A stretch of DNA of 44,757 nt from Catajapyx aquilonaris (lineage: Eukaryota), in assembly GCA_000934665.2 (NCBI GenBank), contig KZ539333.1:1-44757 (forward strand), read 5' to 3'. A model generated the notes under the pieces. It did no database searches. It was given only the letters and a program-made list of their open reading frames with translations, and was not told where the DNA came from. Both the position numbers and the translations under genes were made by a program. Within the stretch, counting starts at the first letter, position 1, and the number at the start of each line of letters is the position of its first letter. Shown piece after piece: positions 1 through 11,275 of this stretch.

Positions 1-335
1 ACCTTGAAGCCAGTTAAAGGTCTTTTCTGAGCGAACTATGCTTCTCAGGAGGAAAGGTGCCAAACAAAGGTTGTACAGAAACATGTACTCTACAAAAGTA
101 TGAAGTACCTTTTCCACGTAGAGTCCTTATTTTCGTAGTTACAGCGACTTTAAAAAGACTTTTCACTCTCTGAAGGGTAGCCAACCCGCAATTACGCGCC
201 TCCTGGGCGAAAACGGGCGTGGCGCCATATCTGAATTTGAAGAGTATGCTCTCAGGGACATTTGTACCAAATTTAATGCTTTTTTCACCAAATGCACGGT
301 TGACCCATTATTCGTCCCTTAACGTCCGGACTGTA
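1..335. mobile_element. Probable end of a non-autonomous DNA transposon (reverse strand starts CAGTCCGG; Academ-like terminus)
   Basis: Non-coding, ends ...aacgtccggactgtaa. The other end lies outside the window, so no TIR pair or TSD can be checked. Confidence 0.25.
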
Positions 336-1870
336 AGGACCTCGTTTAAAAAACCGGAATTATTTTACTTTGTTCATAAACGTCCGTGGAGTTTATATTG
401 GCACCATTGATAAACAACAGATTCCGACCTTGGCCAACATTCGATCCTGATTCAATTCGGTTTGTTTACGGCACGTTCCATTCCCCCCTCCTCTCCCCCT
501 CCCCTGTTGTGAGGTCAGCGTGAAGACGTGCGGGCGGAGGAAGGTGGAAGGGGCAGAGGGGTCTTCGCGGGAGAGGAGAATGATGAGTCCTCGTTGACGT
601 CCAGCAAGCGACTGAGGCGTTCTCCCACCCATGGCGCATGCTCGGAACGGGGGCCAATCGGAGGCGTCATGGTAACAATGCGTCCAGGGAACAATGAACG
701 GGGGCCAATAGGAAGCGGTGGCGGGAACAATATGGGGGCGGACCAATCAGAGGGCTTATACATAGTCCGCAAGCATTTTAATATTATAGAAGTTGTAGTG
801 CCCCATGATCCCACGTCAGGAACACCACGATGAATAATAGGCACCGGTCAGCTTTAAGTTGTATATTCTTCGGTAAGGGTGCAGTTTAGGTCCGCAAAAA
901 CTTTGCAGTTTTCTATATATTTCCTTAATCTACTCGATGAGCTGAGTCGAATGACATTCCTAGTGTGCGGAAATGTTTGGTTCAAGAGTAATTGAATTTT
1001 GAAATTGCATATAATAACAATGAATAAATGAAAATAAACAAGTGTTCCTTTGTTGAAACAGTTTACTCCCATTGTTGAGTGACGGCATCTGCATGGTAAT
1101 TTTACATGTAATTTGGGGGTTGTGTGTTCGCAGCATTACTGTCCGCCTTGTGGCGGCATAGATGTGGGTGTTGCGTGATGTGGGTGTGGCAAAGCCACAA
1201 TAACGTTCGTTGGCCTGCGGCGCCATAAGACGGAGAGTAAATGTTGCGGATACAGAAACCCACAATAAGCGCCCAGCTCCGCTATCGCTCCGCAAAACTA
1301 AAAATATCACGCACAGGCGACGTACCGTGCCTGGCAGGGCCACAAGACGGACGTCATTCATCCACATGAAGGGGCAGATTTAGGAATCTCTGTTTTAAAG
1401 TTTGTGTGAAGAATTACAACAGAAATTGCGGATCCAGTAAAGACCACTTAAATCGACTTTAATAGCAATCATTGCATGCTGCGTTTTTCCCGCCTCAGTT
1501 TTGTGACTCCGTATATTGAAGGAGTGCATTCTTAAGAGATTGAAGGCCTTTAATGTTGTGCAGCTGGTGCATATCATTCTCACCAATTACGTCTCGTTTA
1601 TTAAAGATAAACTTATTGATTTCTCCTATTTGAGATGCACCAAGTCCCATATCCGCAAGTTCATGCCCCGTTCAGGGGAGATTGCAATAGGATTAGTGCA
1701 AGATTGCGGTTCGGGACTTTTCTTGGTGCCCAGTGAGAGGGATAAGAACGTGAAGTGCACGGTGGATATGGATATTTGCATTTGTGATGAATCCCTGTTT
1801 ATTATTAGCCTCAATCATACATAGCCTGCTGGATCCGGATCCAAAAGTCTTATATGTTCATTGACATAAT

Positions 1871-2296
1871 GTCGTCCCAGCCTATGCCACGACGATCAAC
1901 AATAACTCGCAGGGCAAGATGAGCACGTTAGCATTTCCCTGGATGAACCTGTCTTCTCACAATCATGGCCAGCTGTATGTGGCCCTGTCCCGGTCTCGCA
2001 AACCAAGTCAAGTCAAAGTGTTCACTATAATCCCACTGCTCAACAAGGAACATTTCTCTCCAACAACAGAGTGTTTACACACAACTTGTTGTATATCGCG
2101 AGGTTTTATGAAAACTTTTCTCATGCCCGATTCAGGAAGTGTACAGTACACACATGTCAATTGATTCAATGGCACTCAATTTTTCAACCCCGTCTTACGA
2201 CCAGATATACGCGAGCTCTCTCACTCAATTTTTTCATTACCATTGTCTTCCTCATTGCCAAATTTTTGTGCCAAATTTTGGCTACGGGTGCGCTAG
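1871..2296 (+). mobile_element. Helitron 3' remnant: degenerate Pif1-like helicase C-terminus plus 3' hairpin/CTAG end
   Basis: Across frameshifts reads VVPAYATTINNNSQG..EHVSISLDEPVFS/HGQLYVALSRSRKPSQVKV..VVYREVL*, matching Helitron helicase motifs V-VI. Then a gccaaattttggc hairpin and acgggtgcgCTAG|t with CTAG at 2293-2296. Confidence 0.85.
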
Positions 2297-2571
2297 TTCA
2301 GTCAATAATCGCATAATCTCCATTTTCGCATGTTATCACTGAGTCGTAAGATGACTGATTCACACTTTGAGCACATCTTATCTGATTGAAAATGAGGATT
2401 GTTGGCCAGTGATATAAATGGTGATATAAATTCCAGGTAAACCCAGCTGATAACAATTGAGGGAAGGTGCTGTGCTGATATGAGCCCTTTGGGAAAATAT
2501 TTGCACAAAACCAGACTGTTATATTCCAGGGTTCTTGGCCCAACTTATCGAAAATACATGGTATTGATAAA

Positions 2572-3027
2572 ATGATTACTTTAAGGGAGTTGGAAATGGC
2601 AATAGGTGCTTTGAAAACAAAATCATCCCAGGAATAGATGGTATACAAATACCCTATTAAAAAACACGGGCGAGGGATTCAAGAAACTACTTCTGTCTAA
2701 TTTAAATTCAATAATAGAGAAGGGAAGTGTCCCTGCGAGGTGGGCACTAATCAGTACGGTTCCCATTTTTAAGAAGGGGGATGTGGACAAGCCGATAAAC
2801 TATAGTCCGATTAGTTTGATCTGTACTCTAGGAGTCTAGGTAAACAATTGACGAGGATCCTGGCCAAACGAATACTAGATTGTAGATTAACCAGAATTTG
2901 CAACATTTATGCCGGAGGAGCAGGCGGCATTTGTAGACCTGGATACAGTACACAGGACCATCTTTTCACTCTAATTACGATTATTCATTCGAGACTGACG
3001 CGTCCAGCTGGTAAGGCATATGCAGCC
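2572..3027 (+). mobile_element. Non-LTR retrotransposon (LINE) reverse transcriptase fragment, frameshifted
   Basis: ITLRELEMAIGALKTKSS/PGIDGI; EKGSVPARWALISTVPIFKKGDVDKPINYSPISL; MPEEQAAF/RPGYSTQDHLFTL..KAYAA correspond to N-terminal LINE RT motifs. Truncated at the next element. Confidence 0.85.
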
Positions 3028-3460
3028 GGCCCGTATTCATAATGGAATTCTGACGCGGGGTCGGGGTTGAACCCGGGGTTGAGGCGGAGTTGACACCGGG
3101 TTCGTATTCATAACGGCCTTGAAACCCCGCGATCCGGGGTTGAGTCGGGCGGGGAGTTGACCCCGGTCCTCGACCAGGGTTCAGTTCTGTTCTCGGGGTT
3201 GAGGTCGATTTCAAATGGCGGAAGGGGGTCGAAATTCATTCTGAAGCGGCTAGACCTCCGACGCGTGTGTTTGAGGGACCGGGAGAACCCGATGGAGGTG
3301 TACGACGACGCGACGGGTCCCTCTGGCAGCGGTACCGCCTGCGGAAAGACTGCGTGTTGAACCTGCTCGAAATGATCGCGGCCGACCTCGTTCTTCCTCT
3401 GTAGACAAGCGGGCCATGGTGCCCGGGGTGCCCGGGCCATTTCAGGGCCATCAGTCATGC
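3028..3460 (+). mobile_element. PIF/Harbinger transposon left end with transposase N-terminal remnant
   Basis: Terminus GGCCCGTATTCATAA and GC-rich subterminal ggggttga repeats. RVCLRDRENPMEVYDD/LWQRYRLRKDCVLNLLEMIAADL resembles the HARBI1-type transposase N-terminus. Confidence 0.7.
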
Positions 3461-4257
3461 AAAGACAGTGATTTTATTGGGTAGGCTACATTTATACAGA
3501 GAGACCCAAGTTCAAGGGAGATGTATGAAGCGCAAATTAAGGTGTGCACACTTGACAAAAAAAATTGTAATCAAATCTGTTGCTGCATGACGTCAAACTT
3601 GGCCTCGAGCAGAAGTGTCTCACATGATCAACACGTGATTATCCGATATCAAATGAACACAAGGAGTACGCATCTCGTTTATTTTGGAACGAGCAATTTT
3701 TGCGTGCACAACGTTTTTTCTGCGTTGAAGATCCGGATCATTCAACTCAACCCTGAAAATCTGCACATAGCTGGTGAGTGGGTGATTTACCTTTATGTCT
3801 TGTTTTGCCTGTAGATATAGTTCCAGAGCCACACGCATCATCACTACTGCGGAATTAGGTGTTTTACAACAGTATTGTAACATTTGTGAATTTGCTACAG
3901 TTTTATAAAGGGTTAATTTAATTGAGGACTCTTTTTGAATGTTATTACGGTTTTAAGTATGATTATATTATGCAATTCCTGTTGTCGTGTAAAATATTTG
4001 ATAATGTGCGTGATTCTACGTATTGGGTTTGTGTTTGTGAGGAATTATTGATTCAGGATTTACGTATGACCGGTATACTTTACAATAATTCAAATTTACG
4101 CCACCTTATGCATGTGCCACATTTATGAAGCTGCTTCCACCTCCCATCAGAATAATTTAAAAAATTATCAATTTGTGCAGATCAGCTGTCTGGCGTGTAA
4201 CAATTTCCTGGTGAACTAGCTAGAGGTATCCCTGCCGTGGTCTTATCCACAAAATCC

Positions 4258-6272
4258 ATGGAAATAGCATCAGCAGAAGAGAAGGACAGGAAGAGTGAGC
4301 TGCACGTAGCAGCAGAAGGAGGTGCCTTCAAGGTGGTGGAATTGCTCCTCCAACGAGGTGGTGATGTGAACATCCGAACAGATTTCCTCTGGCGAACCCC
4401 ACTCATGTTGGCTGCTAGGGCTCCATACCTCGGGGTCTGTGAGATGCTCCTGTCACACTCTCAATGTGACGCCAATGCCCAAGACGCATTGGGTAGATCG
4501 GCTTTGCATGAAGCGGCGGAGAATGGCAGTGTGCAAATATGCCGTCTCCTCCTGGACCATGGTGCCCAGGTGAACATCCGAACCAACCATTCGTTCACAC
4601 CCTTGCATATCGCGTCCAAGACCGGTCATCTGATGATGGCCAGGTTCCTGGTCCAGAGGGGAGCTGACCTTTTGGCCAAGACCATGGATGGAAAGACCGC
4701 CTCGTACTTTGCTGTCGAGGAAAGCCATTTTGACCTGTGTATGTACTTGAAGGGCGAGATGGACAAAATATGTGGGATTCAGTCAGAAGCCAGGTAAAAA
4801 TTCCTTCATACACTTTGCACTTAACGTTAATATAAGATTGAAGACTAACTGCGACTAACTATGATGAGTTCGAACTTTTCTGCTTCTATGTCTTCTGGCC
4901 AAAAAAAAATCATATCACTCAGACAGTGTAAGAATGGTTTGCGTGGAAACCTGTAACTCTCAGCCTCTCCCTTACTAATGGTAGGGGTGAAGATCGTGCT
5001 TATTTTGTCACATGTTCATTTGGGATTCCTTTTGGCAGTATTGGACGCAAAGAAGAAGCAACGGGGACGAAGGTTCGTCATCGCGGGTTGAGTAGGGATA
5101 AGGTGGAAGAGGGTGGGGTTGAAAAAGGGACATACTCCTCAGGGCAACATCATCAGATGAGAGTCTGGGAGGAGATGGCCCATTCTGCTCACGTCCTAAG
5201 TGAAGCAGGGAAATGGAATGATGCTTCAATGGTCTACAGGATTGTGTCGGGAAAAGAGGAAGAGATGTTGGGTCATGACCATCCGGACACTCTCCGGACA
5301 AAGCACAACATGGCAATGGTGCTACGGAATCAAGGAAATTACCACGAAGCCTTGCGGGTATACAGGGAGGTATTGATGAAGAGGGAAAAAGTGTTGGGTC
5401 ATGACCATCGGGACACTCTTGGCACAAAGATGAACATGGCCGGCGTGTTAGATTACCAAGGACAATACGAAGAAGCCTTGCGGGTATACAGGGATGTATT
5501 GAATAAGAGGGAAAAAGTGTTGGGTAGTGACCATCCGGACACTCTTAGCACATATCATAACATGGCAGTGGTGTTACAGAATCAAGAAAATTACGAAGAA
5601 GCCTGGCATATTATCAGAAAGGTTTTGGATAAGCAGGAGAAACTGTTGGGTCATGACCATCCGGACACTATTAGCACAAAGAATAACATGGCAGTGGTGT
5701 TACAGAATCAAGGAAATTACCACGAAGCCTTGCGGGCATACAGGGAGGTATTGGAAAAGAGGGAAAAAGTGTTGGGTCATGACCATCCGGACACTCTTCA
5801 GACTATGATGAACATAGCAGCTGTGCTACAGAATCAAGGAGATTACGACGAAGCCTTTCGGGCATACAGGGAGGTTATTAATAAGCAAGAAAAGGTGGTG
5901 GGTCATGACCATCCGGACACTCTTAACACAAATATGAACATGGCCCTAGTGTTAGTTGCGCAAGGAAACCCCGACGATGCCTTGCGTATTTACAGTGAGG
6001 TTTTGGATAAGCAGCAAAAAGTGTTGGGTCATGACCATCCGGACACTCTTCAGACAATGATGAACATAGCAGGGGTGCTACAGAATCAAGGAAAACCCGA
6101 CGATGCCTTACGTATTTACAGGGAGGTTTTGGATAAGCAGGAAAAAGTGTTGGGTCATGACCATCCGCACACTCTTCTCACAAAGCGTAATATGATGGAA
6201 GCCCCACAAACCAAGCCACAAACGGGGAGGAACGAAGACAAATCAGGAATTTTTAGTTTATTTAAATGGTAG
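4258..6272 (+). CDS. Ankyrin-repeat + kinesin-light-chain-type TPR repeat protein, about 589 aa (exons 4258-4793, 5039-6272)
   Basis: About 4-5 ankyrin repeats (SELHVAA, TPLMLAA, SALHEAA, TPLHIAS). The donor AG|gtaaaa at 4793/4 and acceptor ttttggcag| at 5038 give a phase-2 intron joining the two ORFs in frame. Eight GHDHPDT-type motifs recur at 42-aa spacing. Confidence 0.88.
5271..6195 (+). repeat. Coding tandem repeat, 126-bp period, 7 full units plus a partial eighth
   Basis: ggtcatgaccatccggacac-like anchors at 5271, 5397, 5523, 5649, 5775, 5901, 6027 and 6153. Confidence 0.95.
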
Positions 6273-6487
6273 GCCTACTGGTAACAACGACTTTAATTTA
6301 CATTTCCATATAACCAGGGCCATACGGAGGATTCTTTTTCGGGGGGAGGTTCCTATTATGATGCACGGATAATCCGCACGCGGGAGTGCAGTGCAGATCT
6401 AGGACAACTGGCAACAACTGAATGTATTCCAACGACCCCTGAGATGATTCCAACGACGCTTATATCGTCCACAAATTCCCTGCGTCG

Positions 6488-8672
6488 TACAGTGTAGTAT
6501 TTGGCCTAAAAATCTGGACAAAATTTGATTTTTTAAAAAAATGTTACTGATTCCAAAAAATTTCGTTTCCTGGAAAAGATGAATGACGAGGCTAATATGA
6601 CATACTCGTACAAATGTACTTCTTATAGGTGTAACCCTTCGTCCGTACAAGGAGTTGAAAGTTGATGACAGTTCGCGTAATATTTAGCTAATTTTAAGCG
6701 CAATTTACGGCGCGACACATTCATTAGTGTTGTTTTCAGTTATACAAAATATTTGTGAACTGTTCCAATATGGAAGCTTCAGAAGAATGTATGTACTTCA
6801 TTTTAAAGAATTTTTTTACAATAATATGACTACCGGTAGTCTATGAGTCCTCGAAATTATGCAATTATTTGTCTACTTTTTCGCCAAATGTTAAATTTCC
6901 AAGAGGGTAAAGTTATACTTCCAAAGGCTTCCAAGCTGTTTTCCTTTCGACATTTTGAAGAGTCAGGCTTCTATTTCATAGCAATAAAAGAATCTGGCCC
7001 GCCTTTTCCCTCCATTTCATCCACCCNCCCCCCCCCCCATTTTCTCCTTTGCTGTTAACGTAAATATTTCGACCTCTTTTTTCCGACTATGTTTTTCTCT
7101 TTCAACTAGGGTCATCAGGAGTCAAAGTCATGGTATGGAGACAATAATACTATATGACTTGATACAACAGTAACAAGGCCTAGATGTCAACAAAAAGCTT
7201 GAATATCCAGAAAACTTAAAACTGGGCAACAAATTTTGAGAAAATTCAAACTTCTAAGATCCCTTACCGAAATTTAACCTAGCCACGAGCTTGCCGCTAG
7301 CTCGCCAGAAGCTGGCGAGCTCGCCTCAGGATAGCCGGGTCATGTACAGTACGTAAACGCTGTGACAGAATTAATTTAAATTGGAAAACATTGACGTATT
7401 TGCACTAGTGGCTGCGGGCTGAACCCCACCCCGAGCCAACAAATGGCGCGCGCGGCGGCGTCGCCAGTTTTCTGTAGAGGGAGGGTCCCGTATTAGCGAA
7501 GCGCGTTAATAGTATTTGTCCGCACTTCCACGAAAACCAAGCAACCAACAATGCGAAGAAGAGAATAATAAAAAGCGAAAAAGCCACTTCCCCATCCCCA
7601 GTATGACTTGCTCGGCGCCAGTATGACTTGCTCGGCGCCAAATAGCGGCTAGCTCGTCATGACTAGGTCAGGAGAATATTTTGACAGCCGCGAGGTCATT
7701 TTGAACCTATGAGTTTGCATGAGGTCCCGGCTGGTTCGGGTGCTTGGGAGAATATCCCACCCCCGTCCCTGGGTTGGACCCGGCATTGCAGTACAGCCGG
7801 GGCCAGCCCTCCTCTCCCCCACTCTTCTAACCCACCCTACCTTGCAATCCCACACCTTCCTCTCCTACCCCCGGCTGCCAAGGCTCGACTCAGACAGAGC
7901 CATACAGGCTGGGTAACCCTTCCTACCAACCAACCAACCAACCAATGACAGCCGCGAGGTCCCGCGAGGTGGCGGCTATCCTGAGACGGGCTCGCCAGCT
8001 TCTGGCGAGCTAGCGGCTAGGTTAAATTTCGGTAAGGGTAATTTTTTCTACCTCGCGGCGAGGTCTCGTCGCCCACCTCGCGACCGCCACCTCACCGCGA
8101 CCTCGCCCGCGACACAGCGAAATGAAACAACCGCTAGTATGCGGTTGGGTGGCCATAAGCTCGTCTCGCGACCTCGCCGCGAGGTAGAGAAAATTTCGGT
8201 AAGGGCTTAAAGCAGACATTTATTAAAGATTTCAATGTGCTGATCACGAATATGACCGTAAAAATTCAAAATTGGCTACGAATCCTGTGAAATTCGAAAT
8301 AGTTTTTTACATAATTGAGTAATACATATTATAGGCTATATTGCGTTACCAGTAAGGGTCCGCTTCCATTGTCGACGTTGCCGACTCAAGTATAGTCATT
8401 TGTTAAGGATTTGAAGTTGCTGATCACGAATATGACAATGAAAACCCAAAATTGGATGCGATTCCTGAGAAACCCGCAATAGTTTCTTACAAAATTGAGT
8501 AATTCGTACATATGGCTTGTGCCAGTAAAGGTCCGCTTATACTGCCTCCTTTTTTGTCACCAAAAACTACTTTACGTCCCCTATTACTTCATAAATTATG
8601 AATCAGCATTTTAGAAGCATAAAACCACAGAAATCATTTTGGCCAACTTTTCGAACCAAATACCCCACTGTG
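6488..8672. mobile_element. Non-autonomous Transib-like element with 5-bp TSD CGTCG
   Basis: Left end (t)ACAGTGtagtatttggcc; right end reverse complement CACAGTGgggtatttggtt. cgtcg flanks at 6483-6487 and 8673-8677. About 180-bp subterminal direct repeats (gctgatcacgaatatgac at ~8239 and ~8419). Excision restores the lectin reading frame. Confidence 0.85.
7261..8205. mobile_element. Two abutting MITEs with CCCTTACCGAAATT termini nested inside the Transib-like element
   Basis: An about 70-bp TIR, cccttaccgaaatttaacctagcc... (7261), pairs with ...ggctaggttaaatttcggtaaggg (8038). A second unit, 8039-8205, has internal IR tctacctcgcggcgaggtc/gacctcgccgcgaggtaga and ends aatttcggtaaggg. Confidence 0.8.
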
Positions 8673-9044
8673 CGTCGTGGTCCAGTGCAAGGCTCTATTG
8701 TAAGATTTCTGGGGATTATCTTGTGGACATCAAGTCGTCTAAAGAAAATGTAACAAAAATTACAGGACTTTTTACATAATTGAACCAAAATTATTGTCAT
8801 TACATTGCAACAGGAATAACTGGTTGGTCAACTCATAGATGAAGACATACAGTAGATTTATGGTGGATAGGTCTCACAGGCTGGAAGGAGGAAGGACATT
8901 TCAAGTGGATCGATGGCAGTCGTGAATTCGACGGATATCTCTTGTGAGGAGGATGTACAGGGTGTACCCATTAAAATTATAATAATATTAGTGGTTGGCA
9001 TTTTATTTGCAACACCTTCGTAGAATTTCAAAATACGGCCTGTG

Positions 9045-9484
9045 CAGGGTTCGGAAATTTAACCTACCATCGCTTTGGGAAATGATAGATGGGTTCTATA
9101 CGATCACTTTGAGTGTATGCAACATGGGTGTACGACGCATAATTAGTTACCGAAATAATAATGTGCTTCAAGCACAAGGTATAAAATATCCTGGCACGTA
9201 CGCGTCCCTCCGCGCGACCTTACATTTTTCATTTAAATAATGCGTTACCATGTAATTTAATTTTAATTTACGATCCTGTTAGGTGTAGCAGGGAATGTCC
9301 TAGGCGATGGAATTGTCGTAAGCAGTATTGGAAACGCGATCGGAAACCTACAAACTGAGATAATGCACTTTTTATTTCATGCTAATTATCTCGGTAACTA
9401 TGCTTCGGAGACCCATGTTGCATAATAACTTATACTCAAAGTGATCGCCTTGAACCCCTCTATCATTTCCCAAAGCGAACCCTG
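9045..9484. mobile_element. Tc1/mariner-type MITE
   Basis: cagggttcg...cgctttgggaaatgatag..gatcactttgagt..tgcaacatgggt is inverted against acccatgttgca..actcaaagtgatc..ctatcatttcccaaagcgaaccctg|ta. Confidence 0.7.
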
Positions 9485-9518
9485 TATACATAGATTATTC
9501 AATGTCGTTGTTCCAGGC

Positions 9519-9739
9519 CAGCCCCCGGACACTTATACTACGTTTGGCGTTATCACCTGCCGAGGCATTTTGCAGCGGGTGCTCACCTGAGAGCGCCATG
9601 AGACATTTCGGAGGCCAGGATAAGTGGCGACCCTACCGGACTAGGCTGAACTTTCATGGCTCTCTCAGGTGAGCAACTTCTGCAAAACACGTCGGCAGGG
9701 GGTGGGTGGGAGTGACCAGACCTTACTTATATGACCGTG
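9519..9739. mobile_element. Short foldback element flanked by a ttccaggc(ca) direct repeat; same family as 28090-28370
   Basis: Direct repeat at ~9511 and ~9740. Internal IR ttttgcag..gctcacctgagag / ctctcaggtgagc..ctgcaaaa. Shares gtggcgaccctaccggactaggctgaacttt with ~28200. Confidence 0.65.
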
Positions 9740-11275
9740 TTCCAGGCCATGCCATGGTCCGAATCTGAAACTGACAATGGCGGTGATCGACGTGCAAAAT
9801 ATATATTTCGAAAGCAGAACTTTGCATTGATGTCAATTGTAACCAGCTCATGTGTTTCTTATGTCGCAATGGTATGTGCCAGACTCGTAAATGTGTCCGC
9901 AAAATGACTTACCCTTTTTGCAGAATATATTTCAGAAATCTGCAAATATAGTGTGTAATACAACAATGATGTGGTATACATGTGTACGATGCATATGAGG
10001 AATATATCAAAAATGACTCACACCCAAGGTGTATAAACCTTGCTCACACCTGTATTGGGTCGAAAGTCCTGAAGATATGGTATGTACAGAATGATGGTCC
10101 TAAAGTACTCCACATTTTTACCAGCTGTTTATGACTCACTGTAGGACAAGTTCCGAATGGCCGCCCTCACTTCCAATAACCCTACATGTGAAATATTTTC
10201 GGTAGGACTCAAACACGCCGCGGGAAAATGGACCTGGACCTACATAGAGACAATCCCACACTTTTGGTACTCAGATGATGCAAGTACTCGTATGATTATG
10301 GCGAAGATTATGGGGATCTGGATACTGTACAATGATACAAAAATCTGATTTGGCTTAAACTTTCATGATATTTTTATTTCAGACTGTGGGTTAGAGGAAC
10401 ACCAGATAACATAGTCGAAGAGGACTGTGTTGCAATGAATAAAGGCACCGGATTGTTATGAGATTATCCCTGCCATCCATCGGGAGTTGTCATTTGTATG
10501 CAAGAAGCATATTATGACTCGATCACTTCATTCGTGTGGGTACAGACACTGAATTTTTTATCAAATAATTATTATTATTATTACACTCCTTGCGCAGATG
10601 AGTCTACAGCAACCACCGAAACTGTCGAGACCACGTCAGGACAACAAGTGATACTGGAAGCAACAGAAGCCTCTCAGTCACTGGACTATAATAATATTCA
10701 AAATTATGGCACAGATATACTTCACCTTATCAAGGCAGCTATTGTAGGAGCTATCATCGGAATAATCGGGTATCGGGTAGGTCCCCATTTTTGTCATATT
10801 GGCCTCACTTGTTTATTTTGTCTCTTCGGAAGGTTGTCACCCATTATCGTGGCTCCACGTCCAGATATGATCAGAAGTGTCCAAAGAACAAGTGTACCGA
10901 GTTTCATACTTTTCTCACAAAATGCAAAGTTCAACCCCTTAGCACCCGGACCATTAACTTGCGTAGCCTACTACCCAGATGCCAACCGTCACCAAAGGTG
11001 CCATTTACCGCAATGACATGTATGATGGTTATATATAAAGCCCACAGATTGAGATCCAGTGACCAGTCTTACCTGTTTCGTTTTGCAATTTTTAATCATA
11101 TTATAGTCTATAGACTACAAGTAATAAAGCAAATGCTTCCGCAAACGTTATTTCTCAACCCACTACCTTGCATCTTACCATTTTTTATCATTTCTCATTA
11201 TTTGAAATAGTGATGGATATTGCATCAGTAAATGAACAAATACACAACTAAAGTGTCGAATGCAATTCAAAAGTG

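Larger units (their letters stand above)
6400..11016 (+). pseudogene. Tandem C-type lectin (two CTLDs) + Thr-rich stalk + TM gene, disrupted
   Basis: Removing the 6488-8672 insert gives NDAYIVHKFPASWSSARLYCKISGDYLVDIKSSKEN. Then WWIGLTGWKEEGHFKWIDGS (~8865-8920), DVNCNQLMCFLC (~9830-9870), VGLKHAAGKWTW (~10200), WVRGTPDNIVEEDCVAMNKGTGLL*DYPC..VVIC (10383-10500, in-frame TGA), and a stalk plus AAIVGAIIGIIGY TM. Several stops and frameshifts. Confidence 0.8.

Noticed and set aside
219..1824. Cluster of short overlapping ORFs as viral or novel genes
   Set aside because: No recognisable domain or consistent splice structure; cannot be supported without a search.
5271..6195. CRISPR-like regularly spaced repeats
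   Set aside because: The whole 126-bp unit is homologous and in-frame coding; there are no unique spacers or cas genes, and the context is eukaryotic.
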